64,000 nt of DNA from Macrostomum lignano (lineage: Eukaryota). Each line of letters opens with the position of its first letter. Position 1 is the first letter of the stretch. The stretch is taken from positions 62,001-126,000 of the forward strand of contig NIVC01002059.1 of the NCBI GenBank assembly GCA_002269645.1. The letters are read 5' to 3'. The notes under the pieces are model-generated. The model made no database searches and was not told the DNA's origin. It saw only the letters and a program-made list of their open reading frames with translations. A program made the position numbers and the translations under genes. Positions 12,021 to 25,019 of the stretch are shown here, one piece after another.

Positions 12021-14506
12021 ACGGCCCCAGAGTCAGTACAGTTGCCCCAGCGTCAGTACAGTTGCCCCAGCGTCAGTACAGTTGCCCCAGCGTCAGTACA
12101 GTTGCCCCAGAGTCACTAGAGTTGCCCCAGAGTCAGTAGAGTTGCCCCAGCGTCAGTACAGTTGCCCCAGCGTCAGTACAGTTGCTCCAGAGTCAGTAGA
12201 GTTGCCCCAGCGTCAGTACAGTTGCCCCAGCGTCAGTACAGTTGCCCCAGCGTCAGTACAGTTGCCCCAGAGTCAGTAGAGTTGCCCCAGCGTCAGTACA
12301 GTTGCCCCAGCGTCAGTACAGTTGCCCCAGAGTCACTAGAGTTGCCCCAGAGTCAGTAGAGTTGCCCCAGAGTCAGTAGAGTTGCCCCAGAGTCAGTAGA
12401 GTTGCCCCAGCGTCAGTACAGTTGCCCCAGCGTCAGTACAGTTGCCCCAGCGTCAGTACAGTTGCCCCAGAGTCACTAGAGTTGCCCCAGCGTCAGTACA
12501 GTTGCCCCAGCGTCAGTACAGTTGCCCCAGAGTCACTAGAGTTGCCCCAGAGTCAGTAGAGTTGCCCCAGAGTCAGTAGAGTTGCCCCAGAGTCAGTAGA
12601 GTTGCCCCAGCGTCAGTACAGTTGCCCCAGAGTCAGTAGAGTTGCCCCAGAGTCAGTAGAGTTGCCCCAGCGTCAGTACAGTTGCCCCAGAGTCACTAGA
12701 GTTGCCCCAGCGTCAGTACAGTTGCCCCAGCGTCAGTACAGTTGCCCCAGAGTCACTAGAGTTGCCCCAGAGTCAGTAGAGTTACCCCCGAGTCACTAGA
12801 GTTGCCCCAGAGTCAGTAGAGTTACCCCCGAGTCACTAGAGTTGCCCCAGAGTCAGTAGAGTTACCCCCGAGTCACTAGAGTTGCCCCAGAGTCAGTAGA
12901 GTTGCCCCAGAGTCATTAGAGTTGCCCCAGAGTCAGTAGAGTTGCCCCAGAGTCAGTAGAGTTGCCCCAGAGTCACTAGAGTTGCCCCAGAGTCAGTAGA
13001 GTTGCCCAAGAGTCAGTAGAGTTGCCCCAGAGTCAGTAGAGTTGCCCCAGAGTCACTAGAGTTGCCCCAGAGTCAGTAGAGTTACCCCCGAGTCACTAGA
13101 GTTGCCCCAGAGTCAGTAGAGTTACCCCCGAGTCACTAGAGTTGCCCCAGAGTCAGTAGAGTTACCCCCGAGTCACTAGAGTTGCCCCAGAGTCACTAGA
13201 GTTGCCCCAGAGTCATTAGAGTTGCCCCAGAGTCACTAGAGTTGCCTCAGAGTCAGTAGAGTTGCCCCAGAGTCAGTAGAGTTGCCCCAGAGTCAGTAGA
13301 GTCGCCCCAGAGTCACTAGAGTTTCCCCAGAGTCAGTAGAGTTACCCCCGAGTCACTAGAGTTGCCCCAGAGTCAGTAGAGTTGCCCCAGAGTCAGTAGA
13401 GTTGCCCCAGAGTCAGTAGAGTTGCCCCAGAGTCAGTAGAGTTACCCCAGAGTCAGTAGAGTTGCCCCAGAGTCACTAGAGTTGCCCCAGAGTCACTAGA
13501 GTTTCCCCAGAGTCAGTAGAGTTACCCCCGAGTCACTAGAGTTGCCCCAGAGTCAGTAGAGTTGCCCCAGAGTCACTAGAGTTGCCCCAGAGTCAGTAGA
13601 GTTGCCCCAGAGTCAGTAGAGTTGCCCCAGAGTCACTAGAGTTGCCCCAGAGTCAGTAGAGTTGCCCCAGAGTCACTAGAGTTGCCCCAGAGTCACTAGA
13701 GTTGCCCCAGAGTCAGTAGAGTTACCCCCGAGTCACTAGAGTTGCCCCAGAGTCAGTAGAGTTGCCCCAGAGTCACTAGAGTTGCCCCAGAGTCACTAGA
13801 GTTGCCCCAGAGTCACTAGAGTTGCCCCAGAGTCACTAGAGTTGCCCCAGAGTCAGTAGAGTTACCCCAGAGTCACTAGAGTTGCCCCAGAGTCAGTAGA
13901 GTTACCCCCGAGTCACTAGAGTTGCCCCAGAGCCAGTAGAGTTGCCCCAGAGTCAGTAGAGTTGCCCCAGAGTCAGTAGAGTTGCCCCAGAGTCAGTAGA
14001 GTTGCCCCAGAGTCAGTAGAGTTGCCCCAGAGTCAGTAGAGTTGCCCCAGAGTCAGTAGAGTTGCCCCAGAGTCAGTAGAGTTGCCCCAGAGTCACTAGA
14101 GTTGCCCCAGAGTCAGTAGAGTTGCCCCAGAGTCAGTAGAGTTGCCCCAGAGTCAGTAGAGTTGCCCCAGAGTCAGTAGAGTTGCCCCAGAGTCAGTAGA
14201 GTTGCCCCAGAGTCAGTAGAGTTGCCCCAGAGTCAGTAGAGTTGCCCCAGAGTCAGTAGAGTTGCCCCAGAGTCAGTAGAGTTGCCCCAGAGTCAGTAGA
14301 GTTGCCCCAGAGTCAGTAGAGTTGCCCCAGAGTCACTAGAGTTGCCCCAGCGTCGGTAAAGTTGCCCCAGAGCCAGTAGAGTTGCCCCAGAGTCAGTAGA
14401 GTTGCCCCAGAGTCACTAGAGTTGCCCCAGAGTCAGTAGAGTTGCCCCAGCGTCGGTAAAGTTGCCCCAGAGCCAGTAGAGTTGCCCCAGAGTCACTAGA
14501 GTTGCC
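12021..14506. repeat. 20-bp minisatellite in the ADAP intron, about 124 copies
   Basis: Unit gttgccccagagtcagtaga, with variants cgtcagtaca and agtcactaga. Confidence 0.97.
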
Positions 14507-14537
14507 TATAGTGCTATTTTATCTCTCTCCTCAACAG

Positions 14538-15059
14538 ATCAGCTATCCCAGCGGTGAGTACACTCGCTGTCTCTACGTCTATCACGAGGACGGCGAAGAG
14601 ATCGTGGCCTGGTACAACGCCATCCGCGGCTGCCAGTACTATCGGTTGCGCATGTCGCTTGTTCCGCCGGAGCGGCTGTTGCAATTGTCTTACGAGCCGC
14701 GCCTGGCCGATTGGCTGTATAAAACTGGACCGCGCCTGTCTGAGCCGTGGCGCCGGCGCTGGTGCCTCCTGCTGCGCCGCAGTCTGCTGTACTATTCGGC
14801 CAGCATGCAGCCGCTGGCTAAGGGCGAGCTTTGGCTGGGCGAGGCACCGGCCTATCAGGTCCTGACCGGACCGCCCACCGGCCTGCGACGCAAGTCAGTT
14901 GGCAACCACGTGTTCACCGTGCGCACGCCGGAGCGGGACTACGCCTTCTCCACCGACAGCGCTGACTGCTGCCGACGCTGGGTGGCCGCCATCGCCGACT
15001 TGCTGGCCGTGCCGCCGACTCCGCAAGACTTTCTATATTGTAAGAAGTCTTCGACTTGA
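14538..15059 (+). CDS. ADAP1: ADAP-like, exon 2; spliced product about 392 aa
   Basis: Acceptor ctcctcaacag|ATC. The junction HPHLMM|ISY aligns with ADAP1 HPHGLQVTY. YHEDGEEIVAWYNAIR and PH2 KTGPR...WRRRW...AKGELWLG follow; stop TGA at 15057-15059. Confidence 0.85.
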   Translation: MSYPSGEYTRCLYVYHEDGEEIVAWYNAIRGCQYYRLRMSLVPPERLLQLSYEPRLADWLYKTGPRLSEPWRRRWCLLLRRSLLYYSASMQPLAKGELWLGEAPAYQVLTGPPTGLRRKSVGNHVFTVRTPERDYAFSTDSADCCRRWVAAIADLLAVPPTPQDFLYCKKSST

Positions 15060-15112
15060 ATTTTTTTACACAGTGGCTATGCGCGTTCCCTGAGCTACTG
15101 CTCTCTAGTTCA

Positions 15113-15503
15113 GCTGGCCGCTACCCACTTACTTCATGGTCATTCAACTGGCCGCTACCCACTTCCTTCATGGTCATTCAGCTGGCCGCTACCCACTTCC
15201 TTCATGGTCATTCAACTGGCCGCTACCCACTTCCTTCATGGTCATTCAACTGGCCGCTACCCACTTCCTTCATGGTCATTCAACTGGCCGCTACCCACTT
15301 TCTTCATGGTCATTCAACTGGCCGCTACCCACTTCCTTCATGGTCATTCAACTGGCCGCTACCCACTTCCTTCATGGTCATTCAACTGGCCGCTACCCAC
15401 TTCCTTCATGGTCATTCAACTGGCCGCTACCCACTTCCTTCATGGTCATTCAACTGGCCGCTACCCACTTCCTTCATGGTCATTCAACTGGCCGCTACCC
15501 GCT
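15113..15503. repeat. 34-bp minisatellite just after the ADAP stop, about 11 copies
   Basis: Unit actggccgctacccacttccttcatggtcattca. Confidence 0.95.
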
Positions 15504-16309
15504 GATCCCCTCAGTCTACAGATCTTTGGCTGGCCGCTCTGCTACTGCTGCTAGTCCCTCCTTTTTCCACGTGTATACTCGTGGTACATTACTAACCTTT
15601 GCACTGCTAGATTTTGCTTTAATATTTGCTTTTTTTGAATATTGTTCCTTCATTTTTTCTGTGTTTTTCTATTTTTATTTATTTATTTTGTTTGGTCACG
15701 ACGCTTAATTCCATTTCAATTCACTTTTTTGCTCCTTCAAAAACAAGTCTAAGTCAGCTGAGACAATCCTTAAGTTTGTTGTTTCAGAGGATAAAATGGC
15801 GACTTTAAATCGGGTAAAGTTTTTTTATAGATTTCTAACCCTGAAATAATGTAATAAAATTGTATTAGATGTGATAAATTTTCAAGTCTCTGTGCCTTCG
15901 TTTTGTTGTTGTTTATTAGATTTATTTATATTTAAAGTTTTACTAAATTATTGTGTTAGACAGGAACAGTTATAATTTCCATGCAATATAGTATACCGCG
16001 TTTGCACGAGTAAATTAGCGTTTTTATCAAATGTTGCTACAGTAACTGTTATTGTATATTATCGCTGTACTATGCATGTACTGTACACTAGCACACTTAA
16101 TGCTTTGTTGCCTCATTAAAATGGATTTTCATTTGCATTTTCTCATTCATCATATGTGCTAATTGTGCTATGCGCTAATCTATGTACAGCTGAGGGCTGT
16201 GCGTATTCGTGCCTATAATATTTATTAGTTTGAATCGTATATATAATTGCTCGCAGTCTTACATTTGATTTCTTTGTCAGTTTGGGACCATTTTATATTT
16301 ATTGAGTCC

Positions 16310-16495
16310 AATGCTCGGCGAAAGAATTGAAGTGAAACATTGCTGTTACATGTACGAGCTACTACCCTCGTATACTGTAGAAAGAAGAGTCAGTCCCTCT
16401 GCTCACGTTAGTATGTTAGTACATCGAGTTATAACTGTTTGGAACGAAGTAAGTGTTAGTAAATGTAACAATTTTTATTCGGCAGTATATTAATT
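16310..16495 (+). mobile_element. Possible 3' remnant of a CR1/L2-type LINE
   Basis: LVHRVITVWNEV resembles the RVVxxWNxLP motif at the C-terminus of CR1/L2 ORF2. This is a single short motif. Confidence 0.25.
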
Positions 16496-18229
16496 TAGTT
16501 GTATCTGTCCGGTGTTAAATAGCGTTAAATAACTTAATGATCAAAAACGCGCTAATACTTTACTCATTCATTTCGTTACCTCATTTTGTGCAAAATTGTA
16601 TTAAATACACGCCAAACCATAATTCTCTTTTGCCTTGTACTTTTCGTACAGTCCAGCAATATCAAGCGTCTATACTCAAGTCATGTCGGTTATTGAACAT
16701 TGACTCATCGTAATTAACTGACTGAATATTAAGAAAATTAATTTAACTTTTTTATGCTCGTAGATGGGATTTAACTCATAGATTATTAGCATTTCGGTGA
16801 AACGCTTCTGTAAGAACAGTTAAGACTACAATGGGATTATAAGTCCTTGGGATTCTGCCTATAGCTATTATGTCTTTGTTGGATCCGTAAAGATCATGTA
16901 AAACTCGTGCATGTATTTTTATTAACCAACCTAGTTTTGAAAAAACATCAATATACGAAATAGATAATGTATACAATCCAGTCACCTTGTAAAAAAATTC
17001 AGGACCATTGCCTAATGAATGTCAGAGACCAGATGTTCGTTGAGGGAGCAGATCACAATGCGTCAGGTTCCGTTGGGGTTGTATTTGGGGTAAATCCCAC
17101 GGCCTTAGTAGCCCTCACTATTTTTAGCCGTATTCAAAAGATCATTCTGTTATATTCCTTTAAATGACAATATATGTCAGACAATTTGTTATTTCAATAT
17201 AATATTGTTATCTCAAGTTTTTTAAATTCTAAGATTTCAAGTCACAAAGTCCTTTTGGCTAAAAGAAAAAGGACCAACTACTTTTTTTGGTGTCTAATCT
17301 GAATCCAGATCGATCAGTCGTAACATAGAGCCAGTCCGTTTTCAAAAAAATGAAAACCAAGGTACAGTCAAAAATAATAAAAATCTTTTATGTAAAACAA
17401 TTGATTTCTTTTTACCTTTCTTATTCACATAATAATGTATTGTGTATTGTTATAACGCGAAGCGTGTAAACACCAACACCGCCACTTTTTATTAATCTTT
17501 TAATTTCCTTGAAACAGCTAAGCCTATATTAATATAAGTAAAGTATTTCTTCACTATTTTCAATGTAAATTAAGCTTAGTTAAGAACTGTAAAAACCTAG
17601 CATTTTAGGTTTTTATGTGACTAAATTGGCCAGCAGTATGTAATAATCTAACAATCCGTCTCTTAGTTTTTAGGCTTTTAAAATTATAGTAGATTTTTGT
17701 TGCATAACTGATAATATTTATTTCATAAGATTGATAAGAATGCTATGCCATGGCAATGCTTGCTTCTCGTTTAGGTCTCTTTTTATTTTTTGAGTTTTTT
17801 TTGATACTCAGTACCTGTGACCAGTGTTAATGACAATGTTGGTTACTATTAAGGAAAATCCTAAATTTCATTAATCAATGACAAAAGCATTGCATGCATT
17901 AGACCTAGCATTGCCAATTGCCATTAAACTTAAAGCAAAAAATGTGAATTTTTAACTCTTAATTCTGTTAAGTTGTCTGAAATTTTGCCAACTGATAGTC
18001 ATTAATAAGTGCTGAGCTGATCCATTGACCATTGACATTAGGCCTAATTCAGAAAATACTTATAGGCCTAGTCTGACTGTCTAAGTCCCTAGACATTTAA
18101 CCTTTTACAAAAAATCAGACTTCTCTTTGCTTTTGTCTTTTTAGGTCAGATAAAGAGGTCATCCAAGGGGTAAAAAATAAATGGGAATGGGATAAAAGAT
18201 CGTTGACCGTTCACTGTGCTCCAGGCTTA

Positions 18230-19676
18230 TTAGTGTTGTCAGGAATGTTGTCGCGAATGCAATTTTGCAGCTTGTGAATGACACAAGATGTGCGAGGCAC
18301 CTTTTAAAAATGATTATGGGTATCAAAGTTAGTGTTACAAATTATTACTTATAGTAGGGAATTGAATGTTGAAATGTATGCTATTTTTATCTCAGTAGAC
18401 CTATTATTATTATTATTGTAGAGCAGCTTTGAGACAATTTGCTCAGAAGTCTATTGTCTGTTGGCTCACAGAACTTATATATACATATAGATAATACTAT
18501 ATAAGATTGCATGCACTATACAAGCTACACTATACTGATGTGTGATGACTGACTAGAAATGGATACAGTAGAAGAAATTGGGACTCACTTGAAGCTAACA
18601 AACTGTGCTTTGCATCGAAGAGCCTTCATCCATGACAATAGCCACGACTCGTTCCTTCACTTCCCAGTCTTCCATGACAGTCTGCAGCGCATTGGCAATG
18701 TTTTCTCTAGTGGAAGCTCTGTGGATAGACTTACTACAGAAAACTGCCTTCCAAAGCTTAAACTGTTCATTGATCAGATGGGTGGTTAGGCTGACAATGG
18801 ACCACTTTCCCTTCATCAAAGTCCACTCATCGCTTGTGCAAGCAATAGTTTCACTACTGCCCAAAAGATTTCACACATTCAAGCGGACATCTTCGTACAA
18901 AGACAGTACAACAACTTCTAAAAAATGTTGACAGGTTGGGATTGAATAGTTTGGAGCCAAGAAGTGTAGAAGTTATAAGAAGAAGAACCCTTGTTGTTCA
19001 ACAAGGCTGAATGGCTGGTGGTCAATGGCCATCATGTTTCCTTTGAAATTAAATAGAAAATTAGGTACATATTTTGTATGCATATGAGTGTACTAGGTAC
19101 TATATAAGCGTACTGTATAAGAACAGGTTATACTTTTCACTAATTAGCCTCATGAACAATGACTGTATGTATACATGGTTTACTGCTTATATATGTACAT
19201 GCATGCACATACATATATCATATGCAGGTGTATAACTATATGCATGTATATGTTGGATTGGTTTGCTGCAGAGTGTAGGCTGCCAGATTAAAAAACTCGA
19301 GAAAAAACACTTACCAATTAATTTAGTCAGATGAGTGGCTTTAGGATACGCTTCATCCCAAACTGCAGTTCGCTGTTGCAGTTGCTCAAGAGTAGGCTGA
19401 ACCAATCTCTTTTTTTTCAGGCGGCAGAAAGTCTCAATTCTCTTGCTGGGTCTCCTCAGCAGCGCGTTTTCTTGATGATCTGTCTAGGTCAACCTCTTCC
19501 CCAGCGTCATGCAGCTCAGGCTGATAGTTTTTAAGATGCAGCAACATGCCGCTATTCGATGGCTTACAAGGGTCTTTGCCTCGGGAAACAACTTTTTTAC
19601 ATTCTTTGCACTCTGCAAAAAGTAGGTCAGAGGAAAGCTTAAAGTAGTCGTGCACAATGGCTCTTAATTTTGGCAT
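18230..19676 (-). pseudogene. Degenerate hAT (Ac/ZBED-like) transposase with N-terminal BED zinc finger
   Basis: Fragments in order on the - strand: VHDYFK...AECKECKK...SGMLLHLK (BED); MAIDHQPFSLVEQQGF; TSDEWT; TRENIANALQTVMEDW...AIVMDEGSSM; CVIHKLQNCIRD. These are interrupted by stops, frameshifts and insertions. Confidence 0.8.
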
Positions 19677-21667
19677 GATTGTCTTGTAGGCGCAGAATTC
19701 ATGAAGTCTTCTGAGTCAAACTCTTATTAATACTCAAAGCTCTCTTATTATTGTTGTATTAAGCCTGTTCTATAAGACTGCTTAGTCACAATCATAATTG
19801 TGCATGTGGGGAAGGAAACCAGTTAAGTCTCAACACCCAGTTCGATCTCTCTCCCCATTTCAAAAAATGTAGCTAGCTACACAATTGGGTAGAATAAAAG
19901 GAATCATGTCCACAATGCATGGACAGCTAGTAATTTGTAGGGGGTCCAACATAGATCAAGTCCAAGCTAGTGACTAGGCCGGGCAAACAATAGAAATGTG
20001 CAAAACAATTCTGCATGGGTAAGTAAACGTGGGGTCAAGTTCGCCCAGTAAATCACTAAGAGATTATGTAATTTCTAACAGAAGCAATTCCAGCCTTAAT
20101 TGCTTAAAATCAAAGGACCCTATGAAATTAACAAGTAGCTAGTCAGCTAGAAGTTAGCTAGAATCTATAGTTCCGGTCGAGTTTTGAAGTATAGTAGAAT
20201 ATTTATAGCTCGAAATTTGCCCCAGTGATTTCTATATAGATAGAATTTCTAGAGCTCTATACATTCAAAACAGAAAAATCTAAGCTTTTGAACAAATTTC
20301 AAACCCTTTTGAACTATGTGTATAGATGTCTGCCTTAAGTTAAAATAGTTCATCCCAAACTGTAGTTTGCCGTGCTCACAAGTACATGTAGGTTAAATAA
20401 GCCTTTCTTAAATCTTTTTTCGAGTGGCAGAAGGCAATGAGCATGAGCATGCATATATATGTACATGTACATGTAACTGTGTGTACATATACAGAAATCA
20501 CTGATTTGCTGATCAAATAGCAATCAAATCATGTAGAACTTTATATGTGAATATGTATACCATGCTTTAAGGGTGTTAATGGGAAAAGCAGAGGGCGCCG
20601 TATACATAATACTTGTACATTGTATATGTATACATACAGAATATGTATGTATCAGCAAAAGCTTTGATCTGTTTTTGTGAATTTACATGCTCTAATTGTT
20701 ATAGGTTCAACCATTTTCACATCTCAATTTCAAGGTGTTGATGCTGTGTGCTGTGTGCAAGGTGCTGTGTGCCCACAGCACATTATTACATGCGTGATTC
20801 TAATTATATCAATTATATCAAACGTAGTTTCGAAAAAATGCTAAATAGCATTAACTACATGTAATTAAGTTGTTTTAACAAATCAAAATACATTTGAAAA
20901 ATCAATTCTTAATCATATCATTAGACAGTTTAACAGTTCTAAAAAATATCAAAATAAACAAAAAATTTCAAAACCAGACTTTCAAAATTTTGACTTACGA
21001 AATTTTTTTGAAATTGAAATTTGCTCTTGAAAACTCCTAAATTCGGAAAATCAAAATCCTATATACTAAAAATGTGATGTCTATATATATGTGATAGATT
21101 GGAGAAAAAATGGCTGGACCGATTTTGTTCGAACTTGCACTGTTTGATCAGAAATTTTCCCGTGACTGTACATGCATCGTGGCTAAGAAATTGCTCAATG
21201 CTAAAGGCATTAAATATTCGAAAAACATGCTTTTTTGCAAAGGTCAAGCAAACTTTTCAACTTGAAATGCATTGTAAGAATGCTAGAGAAAAAACTGACT
21301 GGTTGAATTCTGATTCTGAAATAGATTGCATCATAACTGAATTGTAACTCCGACTTGAATTGAAAATGCAGTGTGGAAGGGTAGCACCAGACTTGATTTA
21401 AATTGCGTAACCATATTGTTAACTGATACTGACTGACTGAGAAACTGATTATGTCATAACTGCTTCGTGTGATTTACTCTATGCTTGGATTTTAAAGTGT
21501 TGAATTATATAAGTGCAAAATTTGATGTTATCAAAACGATGAGAGCTAGCCTAGAGGTGAACAAACTGAACTGCTAAATGCAGCGACGATGGTTCGAATT
21601 TTCATAGAGTATAATTTTTTTAATTAAAGCTTTTCAACGTCAGGAAAACTAAAAGACTTTTTAAAAA

Positions 21668-23900
21668 GAAGCGTCATGTAAAAATCATAGAAGCGTCATG
21701 TAAAAAATCATAGAAGCGTCATGTAAACAATCATAGAAGCGCCATGTAAAAAATCGTAGAAGCGTTATATAAAAATCATAGAAGCGTCATGTAAAAATCA
21801 TAGAAGCGTAATCTAAACAATCATAGAAGCGTCATGTAAACAATCATAGAAGCGTCATTTAAAAAATCATAGAAGCGTCATGTCACAAATCCTAGAAGCG
21901 TCATGTAAACAATCATAGAAGCGTCATGTAAAAAATCATAGAAGCGTCATTTAAAAAAATTATAGAAGCGTCATGTAAACAATCATAGAAGCGTCATGTA
22001 AACAATCATAGAAGCGTCATTTAAAAAATCATACAAGCGTCATGTAAAAATTCATAGAAGCGTCATGTAAACAATCATAGAAGCGTCATGTCAAAAATCC
22101 TAGAAGCGTCATGTAAACAATCATAGAAGCGTCATGTAAAAAATCATAGAAGCGTCATTTAAAAAAATTATAGAAGCGTCATGTAAACAATCATAGAAGC
22201 GTCATGTAAACAATCATAGAAGCGTCATTTTAAAAATCATAGAAGCGTCATGTAAAAATCACAAAAGCGTGATGTAAACAATCATAGAAGCGTCATTTAA
22301 AAAATCATAGAAGCGTCATGTAAAAAATCATAGAAGCCTCATTTAAAAGTCATAGAAGCGTCATGTAAAAATTCATAGAAGCCTCATTTAAAAATCATAG
22401 AAGCGTCATGTAAAAATCACAAAAGCGTGATGTAAACAATCATAGAAGCGTCATGTAAAAAATCATAGAAGCACCATGTAAAAAATCGTAGAAGCGTCAT
22501 ATAAAAATCATAGAAGCGTCATGTAAAAATCACAAAAGCGTGATGTAAACAATCATAGAAGCGTCATGTAAAAAATCGTAGCAGCGTCATGAAAAAATCA
22601 TAGAAGCGTCATTTAAAAAATCATAGAAGCGTCATGTAAAAAATCATAGAAGCACTATGTAAACAATCATAGAAGCGTCATGTAAAAATTCATAGAAGCG
22701 TCATGTAAAAAATCATAGAAGCGTCATGTAAACAATCATAGAAGCGTCATGTAAAAATTCATAGAAGCGTCATGTAAAAAATCATAGAAGCGTCATGTAA
22801 ACAATCATAGAAGCGTCATGTAAACAATCAAAGAAGCGTCATGTAAACAATCATAGAAGCGTCATGTAAACAATCATAGAAGCGTCAAGTAAAAAATAAT
22901 ACAAGCCTCATTTAAAAATCATAGAAGCGTCATGTAAACAATCATAGAAGCGCCATGTAAAAAATCGTAGAAGCGTCATATAAAATCATAGAAGCGTCAT
23001 ATAAAAATCATAGAAGCGTCATGTAAAAAATCATAGAAGCCTCATTTAAAAATCATAGAAGCGTCATGTAAAAATTCATAGAAGCGTCATGTAAACAACC
23101 ATAGAAGCGCCATGTAAAAAATCGTAGAAGCGTCATGTAAAAATTCATAGAAGCGTCATGTAAACAATCATAGAAGCGTCATGTAAAAAATCATAGAAGC
23201 ACCATGTAAAAAATCGTAGAAGCGTCATATAAAAATCATAGAAGCGTCATGTAAAAAATCATAGAAGCGTCATGTAAAAAATCATAGAAGCGTCATGTAA
23301 AAAATCATAGAAGCACCATGTAAAAAATCGTAGAAGCGTCATATAAAAATCATAGAAGCGTCATGTAAACAATCATAGAAGCACCATGTAAAAAATCATA
23401 GAAGCGTCATGTAATGAATCATAGAAGTGTCATGTAAAAAATCATAGAACCGTCATGTAATGAATCATAGAAGCGTCATGTAAAAAATCATAGAAGCACC
23501 ATGTAAAAAATCATAGAAGCGTCATGTAAAAAATCATAGAAGCGTCATGTAAACAATCATAGAAGCGTCACGTAAAAAATCGTAGAAGCGTCATGTAAAA
23601 AGTCATAGAAGCGTCATGTAAACAATCATAGAAGCGTCATGTAAAAAATCGTAGAAGCGTCATATAAAAATCATAGAAGCGTCATTTAAAAATCATTGAA
23701 GCGTCATGTAAACAATCATAGAAGCATCATATAAAAATCATAGAAGCGTCATGTAAAAAATCATAGAAGCGTCATTTAAAAATCATAGAAGCGTCAAGAA
23801 AAAATCATAGAAGCCTCATTTAAAAACTAATGAGTGTCATTTAAAAAATTAAGAAGCATCATGGTACAATAAAAGAAGCGTCATGTCAGACATGAAGGGT
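21668..23900. repeat. 22-23-bp AT-rich minisatellite, about 95 copies
   Basis: Unit gaagcgtcatgtaaa(a/c)aatcata. Confidence 0.95.
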
Positions 23901-24039
23901 GTCATGTAAAAATTAAATGCAGCTATAATGCTGTGGTGGGGAGAAAAACTGAGACGTAAAGGCTCTCAGAGAATAACTGAGATTACGGGGGGGGGGGTTC
24001 TGAGATGTCAAAGCAAAAGTCAGAAGCTACTTCAAAGTT

Positions 24040-24990
24040 CATGTACTTTACTCAATTTTTATTACATTCATTTTTGGCTCGCCACAGGGGGGGGGCGCTG
24101 ATAGAAGCAGAGTCATGTAAAAAATAAAAGTAGCACTATGTATACATATAAGAAAAGTCATGTCAAAGTTAAAAGATTCATTTGGGAATTGCTACAATGT
24201 CAAAGCTAGGTGGAAACCGTTATAGTGCTGTGATTCTTAAAGAAGGAAACACTAAAATTCCAAGGCTTAGGGGAGAAGAATTGCTGAGATTTCAAGGCTT
24301 TAGGTTGGGTTAAAGTTAGGTTTAGGTCAGGTGTGGGTTGAGGGTTAGATTTTAGCGGGTTTCAAGGTTAACAGAATAACAGGGGATTTTTTAGATTTCA
24401 AGGTTTATGGGGGCTATCGCTGACATGTTAAGGCTTACGGGGGGAATAGCTGAGATGTCAAGGCTCACGGGGGTATAAATGAGATTTCAAGGCTAAAGTC
24501 TACATGTAGTTTATTGAAAACTTTTTATTGCATTATTTGATGCCTCCTCAGGGGAGGGATCGCTGATAAAAAAAGCGTAATGTAAAAAATAAAAGAAGCT
24601 TCATGTCGAAGTTAAGAGATTCATTTGGGAATCCCTACGATGTCGAGGCTTGCAGGGAATCGCTATAATGCTGTAGTAGTGCTATAATGACTCTCAGAGA
24701 GAATTACTGAAATTTCAATGCTTTAGAGTTAGGTTAGGGTTAGGGCTAGGGTTAGGGTTAGGCTAGGGTTAGGGTTAGAAGGTTGACAGATATTTTTGAT
24801 TTCCAAGGCTTATTGGGGGCATTGCTGAGATGTCAAGGGGGGAAGTTGATGTGTTAAAGCTTGTGGGGGGGGAATTATTGACATGTCAAGGCTTACAAGG
24901 TTTGACAGGAGATTTTTTAAGATTTCAAGGATATATGTAGCTTATTAAAAAACGTGTATTGCATTTCTTTGGCTCCCCAACGGGGGGCGT
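24040..24990. repeat. Diverged repeat of about 450-480 bp containing interstitial TTAGGG-like tracts
   Basis: Homologous starts at about 24040, 24505 and 24935. gttaggttagggttagggctagggttaggg... at 24725-24778, with a decayed version at 24295-24355. Confidence 0.65.
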
Positions 24991-25019
24991 AGATTGCTAG
25001 TTGAAATCTAAATCTCTGA

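Noticed and set aside
12021-14506. CRISPR-like appearance of the regular repeats (here and in other arrays)
   Set aside because: The units are contiguous with no unique spacers, there are no cas genes, and the context is eukaryotic.
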